A stretch of 64,000 nt of DNA from positions 21,124 through 85,123 of the IMG/VR virus record IMGVR_UViG_3300031994_000062. One strand, 5' to 3'. This stretch comes from a virus. Taxonomy: Duplodnaviria; Caudoviricetes. The notes under the pieces were generated by a model. That model had not been told where the DNA came from. It saw only the letters and a list, made by a program, of their open reading frames with translations, and did no database searches. Below, piece after piece: positions 48,117 to 57,911 of this stretch. Positions within the stretch are counted from its first letter, which is position 1; each line of letters opens with the position of its first letter. The position numbers were made by a program, and so were the translations under genes.

Positions 48117-48520
48117 AAATTTTCTCCTTTTGTCTGTGAAAATAGATTGCGTGAATTGATTGCTTTAAGATCTTCTTTAAGTCTCTCTGGTAAATCTGTA
48201 TGTGCTACTTTTACCACGATATCATCATTATATACATCGTAAACCGAACCATCCTCGCAAAATACCATATATTCATATTCATCATAGCATTCACAATATT
48301 CAGCACTTAAAATCAAAGCGAGGTTATCATCATGTATGTCAGATAATATAACAGTATCTCCAACTGTGTAATCTGATGTTTTTATGTTTTCTTCATCTTT
48401 ATATGGTTCCAGTGCTTCTAAATCCATAGCGCAGAAAAATCTGCCGCCTTCTACAGTACTCCATCCGTGTGGGTTTTCAAAACGCTCTCCAGCTCCTGGT
48501 ACTTCAATAATATACTTCAT
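48113..48520 (-). CDS. Hypothetical, KY(V/I)IE(I/V)P paralog family
   Basis: MKYIIEVP...YTVGDTVI. Confidence 0.7.
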   Translation of the reverse strand: MKYIIEVPGAGERFENPHGWSTVEGGRFFCAMDLEALEPYKDEENIKTSDYTVGDTVILSDIHDDNLALILSAEYCECYDEYEYMVFCEDGSVYDVYNDDIVVKVAHTDLPERLKEDLKAINSRNLFSQTKGENL

Positions 48521-48540
48521 AATTTAAACTCCATAATAAT

Positions 48541-49227
48541 TTAATTCATCATTTCGATATTGTTTACAGTTCCTTTTTTAATCTTGCCGGATTTTGTATA
48601 TTCTGGTGCATAACGAATACCGCATATATTTTTATTACCGCTAACCCAATCCTTCCGCCGAACAAGCTGATAAGCAACTTTACGTCCATTATATGTATAG
48701 TCAACTGGAACACTTACATACTCATCCATATATTTCTCATAGCTACAAGTCTTATGGCACGAATCACAATGATGCTTGCATTCCTTGTTAAATTCACAAT
48801 TCCTTAATAGATCATCGTATCTATCCCACGTCCACTTTTCGTACTGCGGCATGGTAGAAGAGAAGTCTTTGCATATTTCCGGTGCCGCCACAAGTCTCTT
48901 CCTACAATAACGCTTATCACCATCTCTCTTATAATGCTGACACATATAACACTTAAGAATCAGTCCGGCATCATCGTAATAACTGCAGCCACGACACATA
49001 CCGTCATAGTAATAATTATCTATAAATTCCTTACATGATAACGGATCAGCGAATACCTGATCAAATTCTCTAAGAGATACATTGTCCGGCGCATCAAAAG
49101 AATTGTAGTTCCTACTCTTGACCTCACAAACATATTTGCCATCCCTTACTTCTTCTATCTGAGTTAACCACGGCTTCCATGTGGTGTCGTATGCATTTGG
49201 CACATATACAAAATCTCCGACTTTCAT
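48541..49227 (-). CDS. Cys-rich hypothetical protein
   Basis: 228 aa with multiple CxxC motifs. Confidence 0.75.
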   Translation of the reverse strand: MKVGDFVYVPNAYDTTWKPWLTQIEEVRDGKYVCEVKSRNYNSFDAPDNVSLREFDQVFADPLSCKEFIDNYYYDGMCRGCSYYDDAGLILKCYMCQHYKRDGDKRYCRKRLVAAPEICKDFSSTMPQYEKWTWDRYDDLLRNCEFNKECKHHCDSCHKTCSYEKYMDEYVSVPVDYTYNGRKVAYQLVRRKDWVSGNKNICGIRYAPEYTKSGKIKKGTVNNIEMMN

Positions 49228-49799
49228 TAGCCCTCCGTTTCTAAAACAACGTAGTCCTTAATATTATATCTATACAACGATTCTTTAGCCTGTAATATAA
49301 TATGTACTTCATATTCCTTGCTGCCATAGTCGGGATAAACAAAATACATATAATCAGCACAAGATTTCGGCGGATCCTCGGTTTCTGGATCATAATTCTT
49401 ATTTAAGCCATAAGTAGCTTCCGCCATTGCCTTTTGAGAATAGACTAGCGGATCCAGTTTGTCATAAAATCTGTCCCAGCAGTCGCCGTCTTCGAGATAT
49501 TCTTCGACATCTGAAATCAAGAAATATCCATGTTTTACAAAATCGCCGCCTGGTAACTCCCTAAAGCTTAACATCTTCACATTAAATGGATAGTCATCAT
49601 CTGTGTGAAATGTATTAATAAGATCGTCGGATCTCTTATTCTCCGGCACTGTATAAAAATAATCATGTAAATCGCTTGCAAAAGATCTGCTTCTTGATAT
49701 CGCCGGACAAATCTTTCCTCTGTCATCGAACGGACCCAAAGGATGAATCAGCCCATGATCATCTTCATAGCCTATATAATATTCATAATAATAACTCAT
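49227..49799 (-). CDS. Hypothetical protein
   Basis: 190 aa, coupled in operon. Confidence 0.75.
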   Translation of the reverse strand: MSYYYEYYIGYEDDHGLIHPLGPFDDRGKICPAISRSRSFASDLHDYFYTVPENKRSDDLINTFHTDDDYPFNVKMLSFRELPGGDFVKHGYFLISDVEEYLEDGDCWDRFYDKLDPLVYSQKAMAEATYGLNKNYDPETEDPPKSCADYMYFVYPDYGSKEYEVHIILQAKESLYRYNIKDYVVLETEG

Positions 49800-49802
49800 A
49801 AT

Positions 49803-49988
49803 TTATTCTCCATATACAATTCCCACAACTGGAAGTAGTAGAACTAAAATTGATAAAACATTTAATACGACCGCAGACCAACTTTTTGAAGCTAAATCTA
49901 ATATGAATAGACCGGTGTTTAGCCCAATCAAAAAAATCAGTAGAAGCATGGCTTTTAATTTATCATCGTCGAATTGCCACATCAACAT
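49803..49988 (-). CDS. Small membrane protein
   Basis: Two hydrophobic segments. Confidence 0.55.
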   Translation of the reverse strand: MLMWQFDDDKLKAMLLLIFLIGLNTGLFILDLASKSWSAVVLNVLSILVLLLPVVGIVYGE

Positions 49989-50221
49989 TCATATTCCCCC
50001 TTATCCATAGATTCCCGCTGTTTAACGTATTCGAGAGCATCACCCCGGTCGAAAAAAACAACTTTGTCAATATCAGAGTAGGAGAGAAGATAAGCATGTT
50101 TATCACGCTTATCAACTCCTACAAAATAATCATCTGTCACAGTACGGATTGTTAATTCGCATATATCGTATGACCAACCAGGTATGATTCGTGCATAATA
50201 CACATGGTCTTTAATCTTCAT
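49982..50221 (-). CDS. Hypothetical protein
   Basis: Probable start MKIKDHVYYARII at 50221; the longer track ORF overlaps the upstream gene. Confidence 0.65.
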   Translation of the reverse strand: MKIKDHVYYARIIPGWSYDICELTIRTVTDDYFVGVDKRDKHAYLLSYSDIDKVVFFDRGDALEYVKQRESMDKGEYEC

Positions 50222-50534
50222 CATCATCATCCAATAAATATTCAAGAGTAAAATATTGTTTATGTTGTTCTTTTTCTTTAATAGCATATAAATCATACTC
50301 GGCATCTCCAGCCTTAAATCCATCAATATCTTTAAGTTTATTAACAGTATCGAAGTCGCCCAGAATCTCAACTTCTCCACGAACCGGTATAGAATAGTGT
50401 TCACCGTTGATCATGAAGTTCAACTTCCTAAAAGGCTGCATTGTCTTAATCTCGCCGTTAACATATCTAGTATTTGTTTCTCTTTCAAATGTAACCTCGT
50501 CTACACCGATATAAATCTTACTCATATATTTCAC
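50211..50534 (-). CDS. Hypothetical protein
   Basis: 107 aa, RBS GGAGTG. Confidence 0.7.
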   Translation of the reverse strand: MKYMSKIYIGVDEVTFERETNTRYVNGEIKTMQPFRKLNFMINGEHYSIPVRGEVEILGDFDTVNKLKDIDGFKAGDAEYDLYAIKEKEQHKQYFTLEYLLDDDDED

Positions 50535-50703
50535 TCCTCACTTTCTCAATCTCTTTACGCTTCCGATTCTCATATTTCGCACGATATCTAGGCTCATACT
50601 TTGTACAATGCTGACAAACTCCCTTGTGTTCTGCTTCCTTGCCTTTTTCACAAGATCCTTTGCAGATATAAAACTTACAAATCGTTTCTCTATACTTTGC
50701 CAT
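50518..50703 (-). CDS. Small Cys-rich protein
   Basis: CKFYICKGSC...CQHC. Confidence 0.7.
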   Translation of the reverse strand: MAKYRETICKFYICKGSCEKGKEAEHKGVCQHCTKYEPRYRAKYENRKRKEIEKVRSEIYE

Positions 50704-50769
50704 CAGTCTGCCTCCCTATCATCAATATGAAGATAACAACCATTGATTTTATATTAACGACCGTCATCT

Positions 50770-51147
50770 TTAATTATAATCATTTTTTATCTCCCTAAAG
50801 CTGCCACCGATTTCTTCTGCACAATCATCGCACCAAGGGCAAATCCATCCCATACTCATCTTTGTGGCATTTCTTCCGCAACCGCAGCAAGTATGCTCTG
50901 AGATATCTTCATATTTCCTGATGATCTTATCAATCTGTTTATTTCCACCATAATCATACCATCTTAAAGCACCATACTTTTCTTTAACCTGCATTACCAC
51001 ATAATCATCAATTCCCGCTTTATCAAGTTCTTCCTGAATCTCTGATGCCATATGATCAGTAATATCAAGCCATCCCCGTGGAATCTCACATACGGTGCCA
51101 GGTGTCAAAAAATCATATTTATCAGCCAATTCATCATATGTAATCAT
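50770..51147 (-). CDS. Conserved phage hypothetical with C-terminal Zn ribbon
   Basis: QVKEKYGALRWY...TCCGCG...CPWCDDC. Confidence 0.75.
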   Translation of the reverse strand: MITYDELADKYDFLTPGTVCEIPRGWLDITDHMASEIQEELDKAGIDDYVVMQVKEKYGALRWYDYGGNKQIDKIIRKYEDISEHTCCGCGRNATKMSMGWICPWCDDCAEEIGGSFREIKNDYN

Positions 51148-51356
51148 AACGCGCCTCCTCTATAAGCTATCGCAACTCCAATTATAACTAAGATTATTGC
51201 TACGAGTATACCAATCCACATTGGAGAAAGTACCCAAATCCATGACCACTTGATAACACCGCACAATTTAAGAACTATAAATATTAGCGTTAAAACGCTG
51301 CAGAAACTCATTCCTCCACTGCTTTTATTATCGTTATTTATTTCAATCCCTCCCAT
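51144..51356 (-). CDS. Small membrane protein
   Basis: LTLIFIVLKLCGVIKWSWIWVLSPMW. Confidence 0.75.
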   Translation of the reverse strand: MGGIEINNDNKSSGGMSFCSVLTLIFIVLKLCGVIKWSWIWVLSPMWIGILVAIILVIIGVAIAYRGGAL

Positions 51357-51882
51357 CTATAGTCCAACGATGAATTGTTGGAACGTTGCTAATTAATCCG
51401 TCTTTTATTAATGCCCCAAGATTTAATGGCTTGAAGCCAATAACATTTGAACACACATTCAATCTGTTAAACCCGCCAGAGTGCCATTTCGAATGATCGT
51501 GTCCATAAATGTTAAATAAATAAGGCATTTGCAAAAGCGGTTCATGTGATATAATAATTTTGTCGCTTATTGTAAGCGGCCCAGTATAAATCTCATTAAA
51601 ATATGATTTAAACTTTGTAGCCGACTGATCATGATTACCCAAGATTAATACTTTGTAGCATTTTAGCTGCTCCATATACTTGGGATCCCCAACATCACCA
51701 AGTAACAGGAGAGTATCATTCTTGTGACAATACTGTTTAAGAGTTGCTATTTGAATTTCGGGTTCAGGCCAGTCAGGATCCATTATTTTGCAGTCTGGAT
51801 CGTCGAAGTGAGGATCCGAATAAAGCCAAACTGACCCTTTGGCCGACCAGTGCTGAAACACTGGATATAATGTTTTTATCAT
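51343..51882 (-). CDS. Calcineurin-like metallophosphoesterase
   Basis: SDPH, LGDVG, LGNHD, SHEP, GHDH motifs. Confidence 0.85.
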   Translation of the reverse strand: MIKTLYPVFQHWSAKGSVWLYSDPHFDDPDCKIMDPDWPEPEIQIATLKQYCHKNDTLLLLGDVGDPKYMEQLKCYKVLILGNHDQSATKFKSYFNEIYTGPLTISDKIIISHEPLLQMPYLFNIYGHDHSKWHSGGFNRLNVCSNVIGFKPLNLGALIKDGLISNVPTIHRWTIDGRD

Positions 51883-51942
51883 CTATCACGTCCTCCTTGA
51901 TTGGAGTATATCACATATTAGTAATTTTGTCAATCATTAATT

Positions 51943-52215
51943 TCAACGTTTATTTATCAATAAAAAATTGGAAATATATGGTCTCACAACAATCTCGTAG
52001 CCACTACCATATCTCTGCGTGAGATAGGAGAGAAGTTCAGCATCAGACATATATAATCTTCTCCCAAGCAATCCTTCGATTTCTTTGACGATTTCTTTCC
52101 AATCTTTGCAATCTCCGTTGTCTAGTATATCTGTAAGATCGCATTCGTTCAGTTTTTCTATTTCTTCGTTGTGTCTATCTCCGAATTTCATAAATACCTC
52201 CATACTTCGCAACAC
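51943..52215 (-). CDS. Hypothetical protein
   Basis: Probable start MKFGD near 52191. Confidence 0.6.
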   Translation of the reverse strand: MLRSMEVFMKFGDRHNEEIEKLNECDLTDILDNGDCKDWKEIVKEIEGLLGRRLYMSDAELLSYLTQRYGSGYEIVVRPYISNFLLINKR

Positions 52216-52505
52216 TCTTTATCTGGATCAATTCCTACCATATGAATTGCCACACGATCCTTAAATGCTTCACCCATACATAGAAATCCTTCGCAATCTT
52301 CGTGATCAACTCCGTTTGCTCCATTATTCTTAAAGGTCCACCGTCGCAGATCCAGACGGTATCTACAATTACTACAGCATTCTCGTTCTTCCCAAGCATC
52401 GCAATGATCCGCTGATTTGACATCCGTACCATAAGCGCCGCTGCGAACAGTCATACATACACCATCTACATTCCATCTACAATTCTCACATTTTTTTTCT
52501 TTCAT
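52188..52505 (-). CDS. Cys-rich hypothetical protein
   Basis: Two C..C.W/Y...C repeats. Confidence 0.65.
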   Translation of the reverse strand: MKEKKCENCRWNVDGVCMTVRSGAYGTDVKSADHCDAWEERECCSNCRYRLDLRRWTFKNNGANGVDHEDCEGFLCMGEAFKDRVAIHMVGIDPDKECCEVWRYL

Positions 52506-52513
52506 AATAGCAC

Positions 52514-52648
52514 CTACTCATCAACCATTAAATCATAGTCGTATACCGCATGCTCATCATGTGTTACACTTATCAACGCATCATCAAAATCGTCAAAATA
52601 TATAACACCTTTATATCCATTATCTAATAATCTTTGTCCAGCATTCAT
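52514..52648 (-). CDS. Small hypothetical (44 aa), possibly truncated
   Basis: MNAGQRLLDNGY...FDDALISVTHDEHAVYDYDLMVDE*; homologs I recall are longer. Confidence 0.45.
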   Translation of the reverse strand: MNAGQRLLDNGYKGVIYFDDFDDALISVTHDEHAVYDYDLMVDE

Positions 52649-52652
52649 TACA

Positions 52653-53108
52653 TCATTCTCCCTTAATCTTGTTTATTAATTCAACAAGTTCAGGAAATGC
52701 CCGACCTGTTTTAGTGAGATCATAATTTTCAACAGTGTGTGTGGTCATATTCTCTAATTCAAGAACTTTGCCATATTTGTCATCTGTCTCCGGTCTTAAA
52801 ACAACACACCTAATATTATCTTTATATATAACTTCATCTCCAATGTGAATATCTTCGTGAGAATCTTCCCATTTCTCATACATTTCTTTAGCTTCGGAAT
52901 ATGTATGACAAGTCACAAGATCGTATAGCCCCAAGCACCCACCAAAAATAGATTGTGTGCGTATATTATCAAATCGGCTATCCTTTAGCTCTGAAGCTAT
53001 CATCCTGATAAATTTCCAAACTTCGTCCTGAACGGTTTTATCATCAACATCAATACGAATAACATCGCCCGGTTTTACGGTTTTTACTTCTCCACTTTCA
53101 AATTTCAT
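52653..53108 (-). CDS. Hypothetical, paralog family member
   Basis: DEVWKF...EAKEMYEKW...IHIGDEV...TGRAFPEL. Confidence 0.75.
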   Translation of the reverse strand: MKFESGEVKTVKPGDVIRIDVDDKTVQDEVWKFIRMIASELKDSRFDNIRTQSIFGGCLGLYDLVTCHTYSEAKEMYEKWEDSHEDIHIGDEVIYKDNIRCVVLRPETDDKYGKVLELENMTTHTVENYDLTKTGRAFPELVELINKIKGE

Positions 53109-53296
53109 TTAAATATCCCCCTATATCCAAAACAATCCCCATATCTGTTGTCATCTAATCTCTGCTGAATTTGCGGGCATTTACCGCTATTATAGAAATC
53201 GCAGCTAGTACACGGAATGTCGCGCGGTCTCCATACAAAAATCAAAACATTGAATGTAATAATAACAAGTGCAACCATGAAAGCCAATATTGCCAT
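53105..53296 (-). CDS. Small membrane-anchored Cys protein
   Basis: N-terminal TM segment; CTSCDFY. Confidence 0.6.
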   Translation of the reverse strand: MAILAFMVALVIITFNVLIFVWRPRDIPCTSCDFYNSGKCPQIQQRLDDNRYGDCFGYRGIFK

Positions 53297-53307
53297 ATTT
53301 TACCTCC

Positions 53308-54153
53308 TTATTCGCATTTTTTAACACAATACTTAATTACATATTCTGCAACAATCTTAGAAAAAATCTCACGGAATTCTTTTTCAGATTCGATGACATC
53401 AAGCTTATTAGTCTTATTAATAGCAGTTATTGTGGCACCATTTAATTGCATACGTCTCTTCATATTTTTAAGACGAACATTCAGCTGCTTATTTGTACGC
53501 TTCCCAAATTCGTTATATAACATTGGCCAAAAATCTTCCCAGCCGATATTCGTAGAATTGGCTATACGATTTACCTGTTTATTAATTCCGCTTCTCCAGT
53601 TTCCATCGTGCTGAATTGCATCTATAACCGTCTGGAGATTTTCACATGCAGTATTAACGGCATTTTTAGCAGCCGATGCCTCCGCAATAGCCTGATCCGC
53701 TTTTTTATCTACGATAGCAACACGCTCCTGAGTATTAATCATCTCTTGGACTAATCCAGCTATTGCTTTTAACTCAGAAGAAACATTGTCGGACATTTTA
53801 AGCGAGTAGGATCCGGTCTTGCGAATGGACGGAAGAACTTCATGTGTCACCCATCTCTTAAAACGTTTTGCCGAAGGAAGCTTACTGGAAATGATCAGAC
53901 TGTAAAGACCGGACTCGTTGATAATATACATATTGCGACTCTGACCTGAGTCGGTAAAACGCCGAGTCAGCTTATCTTCATCATATACATGTTTCTTTAA
54001 GGCATCTGACGTATCTCTATACCCCAAAGCCTCTGCTACATCCTTACCTACAAAATACGGATCACCATTTACTATAAGGCTGCGAACTGAGCCAAATTCC
54101 GGATTCTCAAAAATAGTTACATTGTTTGACATAGTAGTAATTTCATTCATCAT
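53308..54153 (-). CDS. BRO-N domain protein (antirepressor-like)
   Basis: FENPEFGSVR...FVGKDVAEALGY...INESGLYSLI...FKRWVTHEVLPSIRKTGSY. Confidence 0.9.
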   Translation of the reverse strand: MMNEITTMSNNVTIFENPEFGSVRSLIVNGDPYFVGKDVAEALGYRDTSDALKKHVYDEDKLTRRFTDSGQSRNMYIINESGLYSLIISSKLPSAKRFKRWVTHEVLPSIRKTGSYSLKMSDNVSSELKAIAGLVQEMINTQERVAIVDKKADQAIAEASAAKNAVNTACENLQTVIDAIQHDGNWRSGINKQVNRIANSTNIGWEDFWPMLYNEFGKRTNKQLNVRLKNMKRRMQLNGATITAINKTNKLDVIESEKEFREIFSKIVAEYVIKYCVKKCE

Positions 54154-54335
54154 AATTCTAATTCTCCTTTTTCTGTTAAATAATCCATAAACTCCTGCTG
54201 CGGGATCACAAACGTTTCGCTGGGTCGAACTAAGTTTGTAATCACTAACACATCCTTAATTCCAGGTTCTTTTTCGCATAAGATATCTGCCACTTCCTGA
54301 CAACATACAATTAAAGCCGGTTCGTCATCTCTCAT
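54150..54335 (-). CDS. Hypothetical protein
   Basis: 61 aa in operon. Confidence 0.55.
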   Translation of the reverse strand: MRDDEPALIVCCQEVADILCEKEPGIKDVLVITNLVRPSETFVIPQQEFMDYLTEKGELEL

Positions 54336-54561
54336 AATTCATTCTCCCTTCTATAATGTGTATATACTCTTTAATAGCTCCGAAAATTATATTGTAATCA
54401 TTATCGTTACCCCCAGCAAACAGATCCGCAGCATCCAAGAATCTATCGGCAAATTCCTGCATTTCTGAATGAGTGACAGCTGCCCGCTGGTAGTATATTG
54501 CTCTTGCCAGTAACCAATATCTGTCCTTATCCATCATTTTTCCTCCACTATAATCTGACAA
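54325..54561 (-). CDS. Hypothetical protein
   Basis: Probable start near 54538. Confidence 0.55.
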   Translation of the reverse strand: MSDYSGGKMMDKDRYWLLARAIYYQRAAVTHSEMQEFADRFLDAADLFAGGNDNDYNIIFGAIKEYIHIIEGRMNYER

Positions 54562-55076
54562 CTCTTCATTACTTCAAGGGCCGCCTTATGTTTCTCAGGT
54601 GTGGTCCCCGCACAACAATCTGCATGGACAATAATCTCGGAATTCGGGAACTGAGCGCGGAGGATCAGAGCATTGGAGATTACGCAGATGTCAGTGCAGA
54701 GGCCGACGAGTTCAAACTGGAAATCATTGTCATTAAAATCATCTGGATTAATATATTTATACCAACCATCATACCCAAAGGTTCTTTTCCACACCCAGTT
54801 GCTTCTGTAGTTATCTTCGAGGTCTTTCAATTGAGGAATAATTTCCCATCCATTAGTATTTCGAATACAATGTTCAACAGGAAGATATTTTCCCTCAAGT
54901 GTATTCATATAATCTCCATAATGGGTATCTCTTGTAAAGACCACATAATATCTGCTATCCATATACTCTTCAATTTTCTTCTTTACTCTCGGAACTATAG
55001 CCTGGGCTTCCGGCGTTCCCAGGGATCCGGTTACAAAGTCGTTCTGCATATCAACTACAATTAATACTTTCTTCAT
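54534..55076 (-). CDS. pncA: Nicotinamidase/isochorismatase-family hydrolase (PncA-like)
   Basis: VVDMQNDF, TRDTH, HC, KRTFG, GLCTDICV; ATG 55076. Confidence 0.8.
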   Translation of the reverse strand: MKKVLIVVDMQNDFVTGSLGTPEAQAIVPRVKKKIEEYMDSRYYVVFTRDTHYGDYMNTLEGKYLPVEHCIRNTNGWEIIPQLKDLEDNYRSNWVWKRTFGYDGWYKYINPDDFNDNDFQFELVGLCTDICVISNALILRAQFPNSEIIVHADCCAGTTPEKHKAALEVMKSCQIIVEEK

Positions 55077-55363
55077 TTTTCCGCCTCCAATACAGTTTCT
55101 GCACATTCTATAGCAAGATCAGAATAGGAGATATAACCATCACAATATTCATCCCATTCCGTATCATGTTCAAGCGTATCTACATCTATAAGCCTTCCAT
55201 GCGGCGTTTCAATCTCAATTAACGGACAATGTTCTTCAATATCATAATCAAAAGGAACATAGTTCCCAGTTCGTGTGCAGTATAAAGCATCGTGCGAATT
55301 GCCAGAAAAATAACACTTCTCACAAGTATCTGGCATCTTTAGTTTCGGTACATATACACCCAT
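55073..55363 (-). CDS. Hypothetical, CxxC...CPL family
   Basis: MPDTCEKCYF...HCPLIEI...HGRLID. Confidence 0.7.
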   Translation of the reverse strand: MGVYVPKLKMPDTCEKCYFSGNSHDALYCTRTGNYVPFDYDIEEHCPLIEIETPHGRLIDVDTLEHDTEWDEYCDGYISYSDLAIECAETVLEAEK

Positions 55364-55665
55364 TATTTTGCCCTCCGTTTAAAAACTTCGAAAAACAAGT
55401 CGCAAATTAGTGTGATTAATATAATTATTCCAGTTAAAAACCAAAGCAGCACCCAACCTGGGAAGAAAAATATAAACGCCAAAATTTCAAGAATAATAAT
55501 TCCTGCCGTATTTAAAGTTTCCTTATATTTAGACCATATACTTTTAAAAGGATTGGTTATACCCCTATATGTCTGGTCTCCATATGCAGCCATAAAAACC
55601 AGAGAGGAAAAACAAGCATATAAAGTAACAACACAAATGATTACACAAATGGTTATATCGCGCAT
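55363..55665 (-). CDS. Membrane protein
   Basis: Hydrophobic segments. Confidence 0.6.
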   Translation of the reverse strand: MRDITICVIICVVTLYACFSSLVFMAAYGDQTYRGITNPFKSIWSKYKETLNTAGIIILEILAFIFFFPGWVLLWFLTGIIILITLICDLFFEVFKRRAK

Positions 55666-56669
55666 TTCACTACCCCCAAATTCACATCAGCCAAAAATTT
55701 ATTGATTCTGTTATAATCTGGATTTTTCGGGAGAGTAGTATGCTTCTTCCAGTACTGCAGCTTATTATCCAATTCGTCGACAATCTCATAAAACTCTTTT
55801 ACTGGCTGCCGATTTTCATCCAAATACTTGCCGTTACGTATGTCCATTAAAAAGTCATGTTCTTTCTCGCGATATGTAATGATCTCGCCCTTTTCAAGAA
55901 TGTCAAAACACATCAGATAAAGCCGCACCAGATGCATCATATGCTTGCCAAGCTTATCATGTCCAATAGCATGACTATTCCGTTTACCAACCTTACTATA
56001 TGATTTAACAACTTCGTTCATCTCTGCCCACATAGATTTATAGTCACGAAGTGGATAGTGGGAGAGTGACACATCCATAAATATTTCGGTATCCATATTC
56101 TCATTAACGGCTTTATCGATGTATAATCTTATGGAATCTTCTGGGAAACCAAAATATTTTTCTGGGAAAGTGTATCTTGAATTTTCAATAGAATCTAAAA
56201 TGTGCTGCTCCATTTGAGATTGGCTTGCTAACCTAGCAGACTTGTTCTCAAGGCGTCTTAACTGTGCTGTCGCATAACCCCCGAAACTATGAACTGCCCG
56301 CTGCGACAAAAACATATCAGAATTATAGATCAATTCATGACCAACATCAGAAAGATAAATATAATGCTCTGGCTTTAATCCTAGAATCTCAATGGTATTA
56401 GGATTACAGTTTGACAACAGCGAAATCATCTTCTCAAGAGAGTAAATCGTCGTATCAGTTTCATCGTTTTGGACTTGCTCAAATCCTTTTCTAGTAAGTA
56501 TATCCTGCGCCGAATTAGTAGCAATTCCACGAATATCAATATCACTGCCTTCCACGTTTGTTCCATATGCATGAGATCCGCCATATCCAAGAAGAATTAT
56601 ATTATCACCAAGCGGCGCTTTATTAAGAAATGAATATTCTGGTTTGTTTCTCAATTCCTGCAGCGTCAT
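55653..56669 (-). CDS. Pol-beta superfamily nucleotidyltransferase
   Basis: GGSHAYGTNVEGSDIDIRG, NPNTIE, MHLVRL. Confidence 0.85.
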   Translation of the reverse strand: MTLQELRNKPEYSFLNKAPLGDNIILLGYGGSHAYGTNVEGSDIDIRGIATNSAQDILTRKGFEQVQNDETDTTIYSLEKMISLLSNCNPNTIEILGLKPEHYIYLSDVGHELIYNSDMFLSQRAVHSFGGYATAQLRRLENKSARLASQSQMEQHILDSIENSRYTFPEKYFGFPEDSIRLYIDKAVNENMDTEIFMDVSLSHYPLRDYKSMWAEMNEVVKSYSKVGKRNSHAIGHDKLGKHMMHLVRLYLMCFDILEKGEIITYREKEHDFLMDIRNGKYLDENRQPVKEFYEIVDELDNKLQYWKKHTTLPKNPDYNRINKFLADVNLGVVKCAI

Positions 56670-56968
56670 TACTTTACCTCCTCAAATGTATTATCAAAAT
56701 CTTCACGTCCCCAAGCTACAATTTCACCATATTCATTTTTTACAATATAATCATAAGGCCCAACTTCAACAGTCCCATCTATACCGTATTTTGATTTATC
56801 TACAAAAATACGATTTTCTTCATTCCGTGCTATAACACCTTCTTCTGCGGCATCTTCAACCCAGGTCGGTGCATCCAATACACACCCATACTTTTCTATA
56901 TATTTTAACTGTGCCATAGTAAGCTGAAATGCTTCAACTTCCGGCATCCTTCTTCTGTACTTTGCCAT
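56669..56968 (-). CDS. Hypothetical (PGDY-type motif)
   Basis: VEAFQ...VGPYDYIVKNEYGE...FDNTFE. Confidence 0.7.
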   Translation of the reverse strand: MAKYRRRMPEVEAFQLTMAQLKYIEKYGCVLDAPTWVEDAAEEGVIARNEENRIFVDKSKYGIDGTVEVGPYDYIVKNEYGEIVAWGREDFDNTFEEVK

Positions 56969-57218
56969 GTACTTCCTCCATCGTCTCTAATCTATTAACA
57001 ACACGATCCAGCCAATCATAACCTTCATATATGTCAGATAATATCTCTACAGCGTCATAAAGGTTATACAAAATAGACTCATATAAATCGGCCTTATTTT
57101 CTGCAGTAGTTTTATCCTCAGATGGTAAAAAATTCCTTGACAGCGGGAATAAGCAAACCGCCGCATCTTCAAGGCACCTTATAGCTTCATTCTGTTTTCT
57201 TCTTGTTATAATCTTCAT
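56934..57218 (-). CDS. Hypothetical protein
   Basis: 94 aa with RBS. Confidence 0.65.
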   Translation of the reverse strand: MKIITRRKQNEAIRCLEDAAVCLFPLSRNFLPSEDKTTAENKADLYESILYNLYDAVEILSDIYEGYDWLDRVVNRLETMEEVHGKVQKKDAGS

Positions 57219-57233
57219 TATCTATTTCTCCTA

Positions 57234-57698
57234 TTAATCTAAATGCAACTGACCAATCTTACGCTCAACCCAATTTATGTTTTCTTTATTATACTTATCA
57301 ATATCTTTTTGCCACTCACTAATAAGTTTTACCATTACTTTATTACGATTTATTATTTTTTTATTTTTAATTTTTTTATGGCGATATATTTTCAAGCGAA
57401 TAACATCTATAAAGCGTTTCATTACAATCCATTCTTTGTTATAAAATACTACATTATCATATGTGTCAGCAAAGCTCCATTTATCTGGCGACATTGATTG
57501 TAAAGTTTTAAATTGATCAAATGTGATTTTTACATCGTCCCTGCTAGGACAGTAAATATCAAATATTGCCCATAGAAACGCAAGAACAATATAAAATGCA
57601 ATAAAGAGGAAAATAATACATAGCATTATTTCATTAATGTTAACGCTCATAGGCGATTTCTCACTCCTGATCCGCTGTAAATAAAGAACCGTCTTCAT
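57234..57698 (-). CDS. Membrane-anchored hypothetical protein
   Basis: Probable start MSVNINE near 57650; one TM segment. Confidence 0.6.
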   Translation of the reverse strand: MKTVLYLQRIRSEKSPMSVNINEIMLCIIFLFIAFYIVLAFLWAIFDIYCPSRDDVKITFDQFKTLQSMSPDKWSFADTYDNVVFYNKEWIVMKRFIDVIRLKIYRHKKIKNKKIINRNKVMVKLISEWQKDIDKYNKENINWVERKIGQLHLD

Positions 57699-57909
57699 TT
57701 AATCTTGGGGTTATGGCCATACCGCCATACATGTGCCTAGTCTTCACTACTATATATTCAACACCAGTAACTTTATCTATTAAAATGTAACCACTACAGG
57801 GTAGCTGTTCGCCAACTATAAAGTTCCCGTCCTCTGTAGCATTAACTGGAACGCAGCCCGCAGCAAACATCGAGACCACCAATAATAAACCTAATAATAA
57901 TTTACGCAT
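57661..57909 (-). CDS. Putative lipoprotein (DUF6440-like)
   Basis: Lipobox FAAGC; ILIDKVTGVEY...AITPRLNEDG. Confidence 0.7.
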   Translation of the reverse strand: MRKLLLGLLLVVSMFAAGCVPVNATEDGNFIVGEQLPCSGYILIDKVTGVEYIVVKTRHMYGGMAITPRLNEDGSLFTADQE

Positions 57910-57911
57910 CT

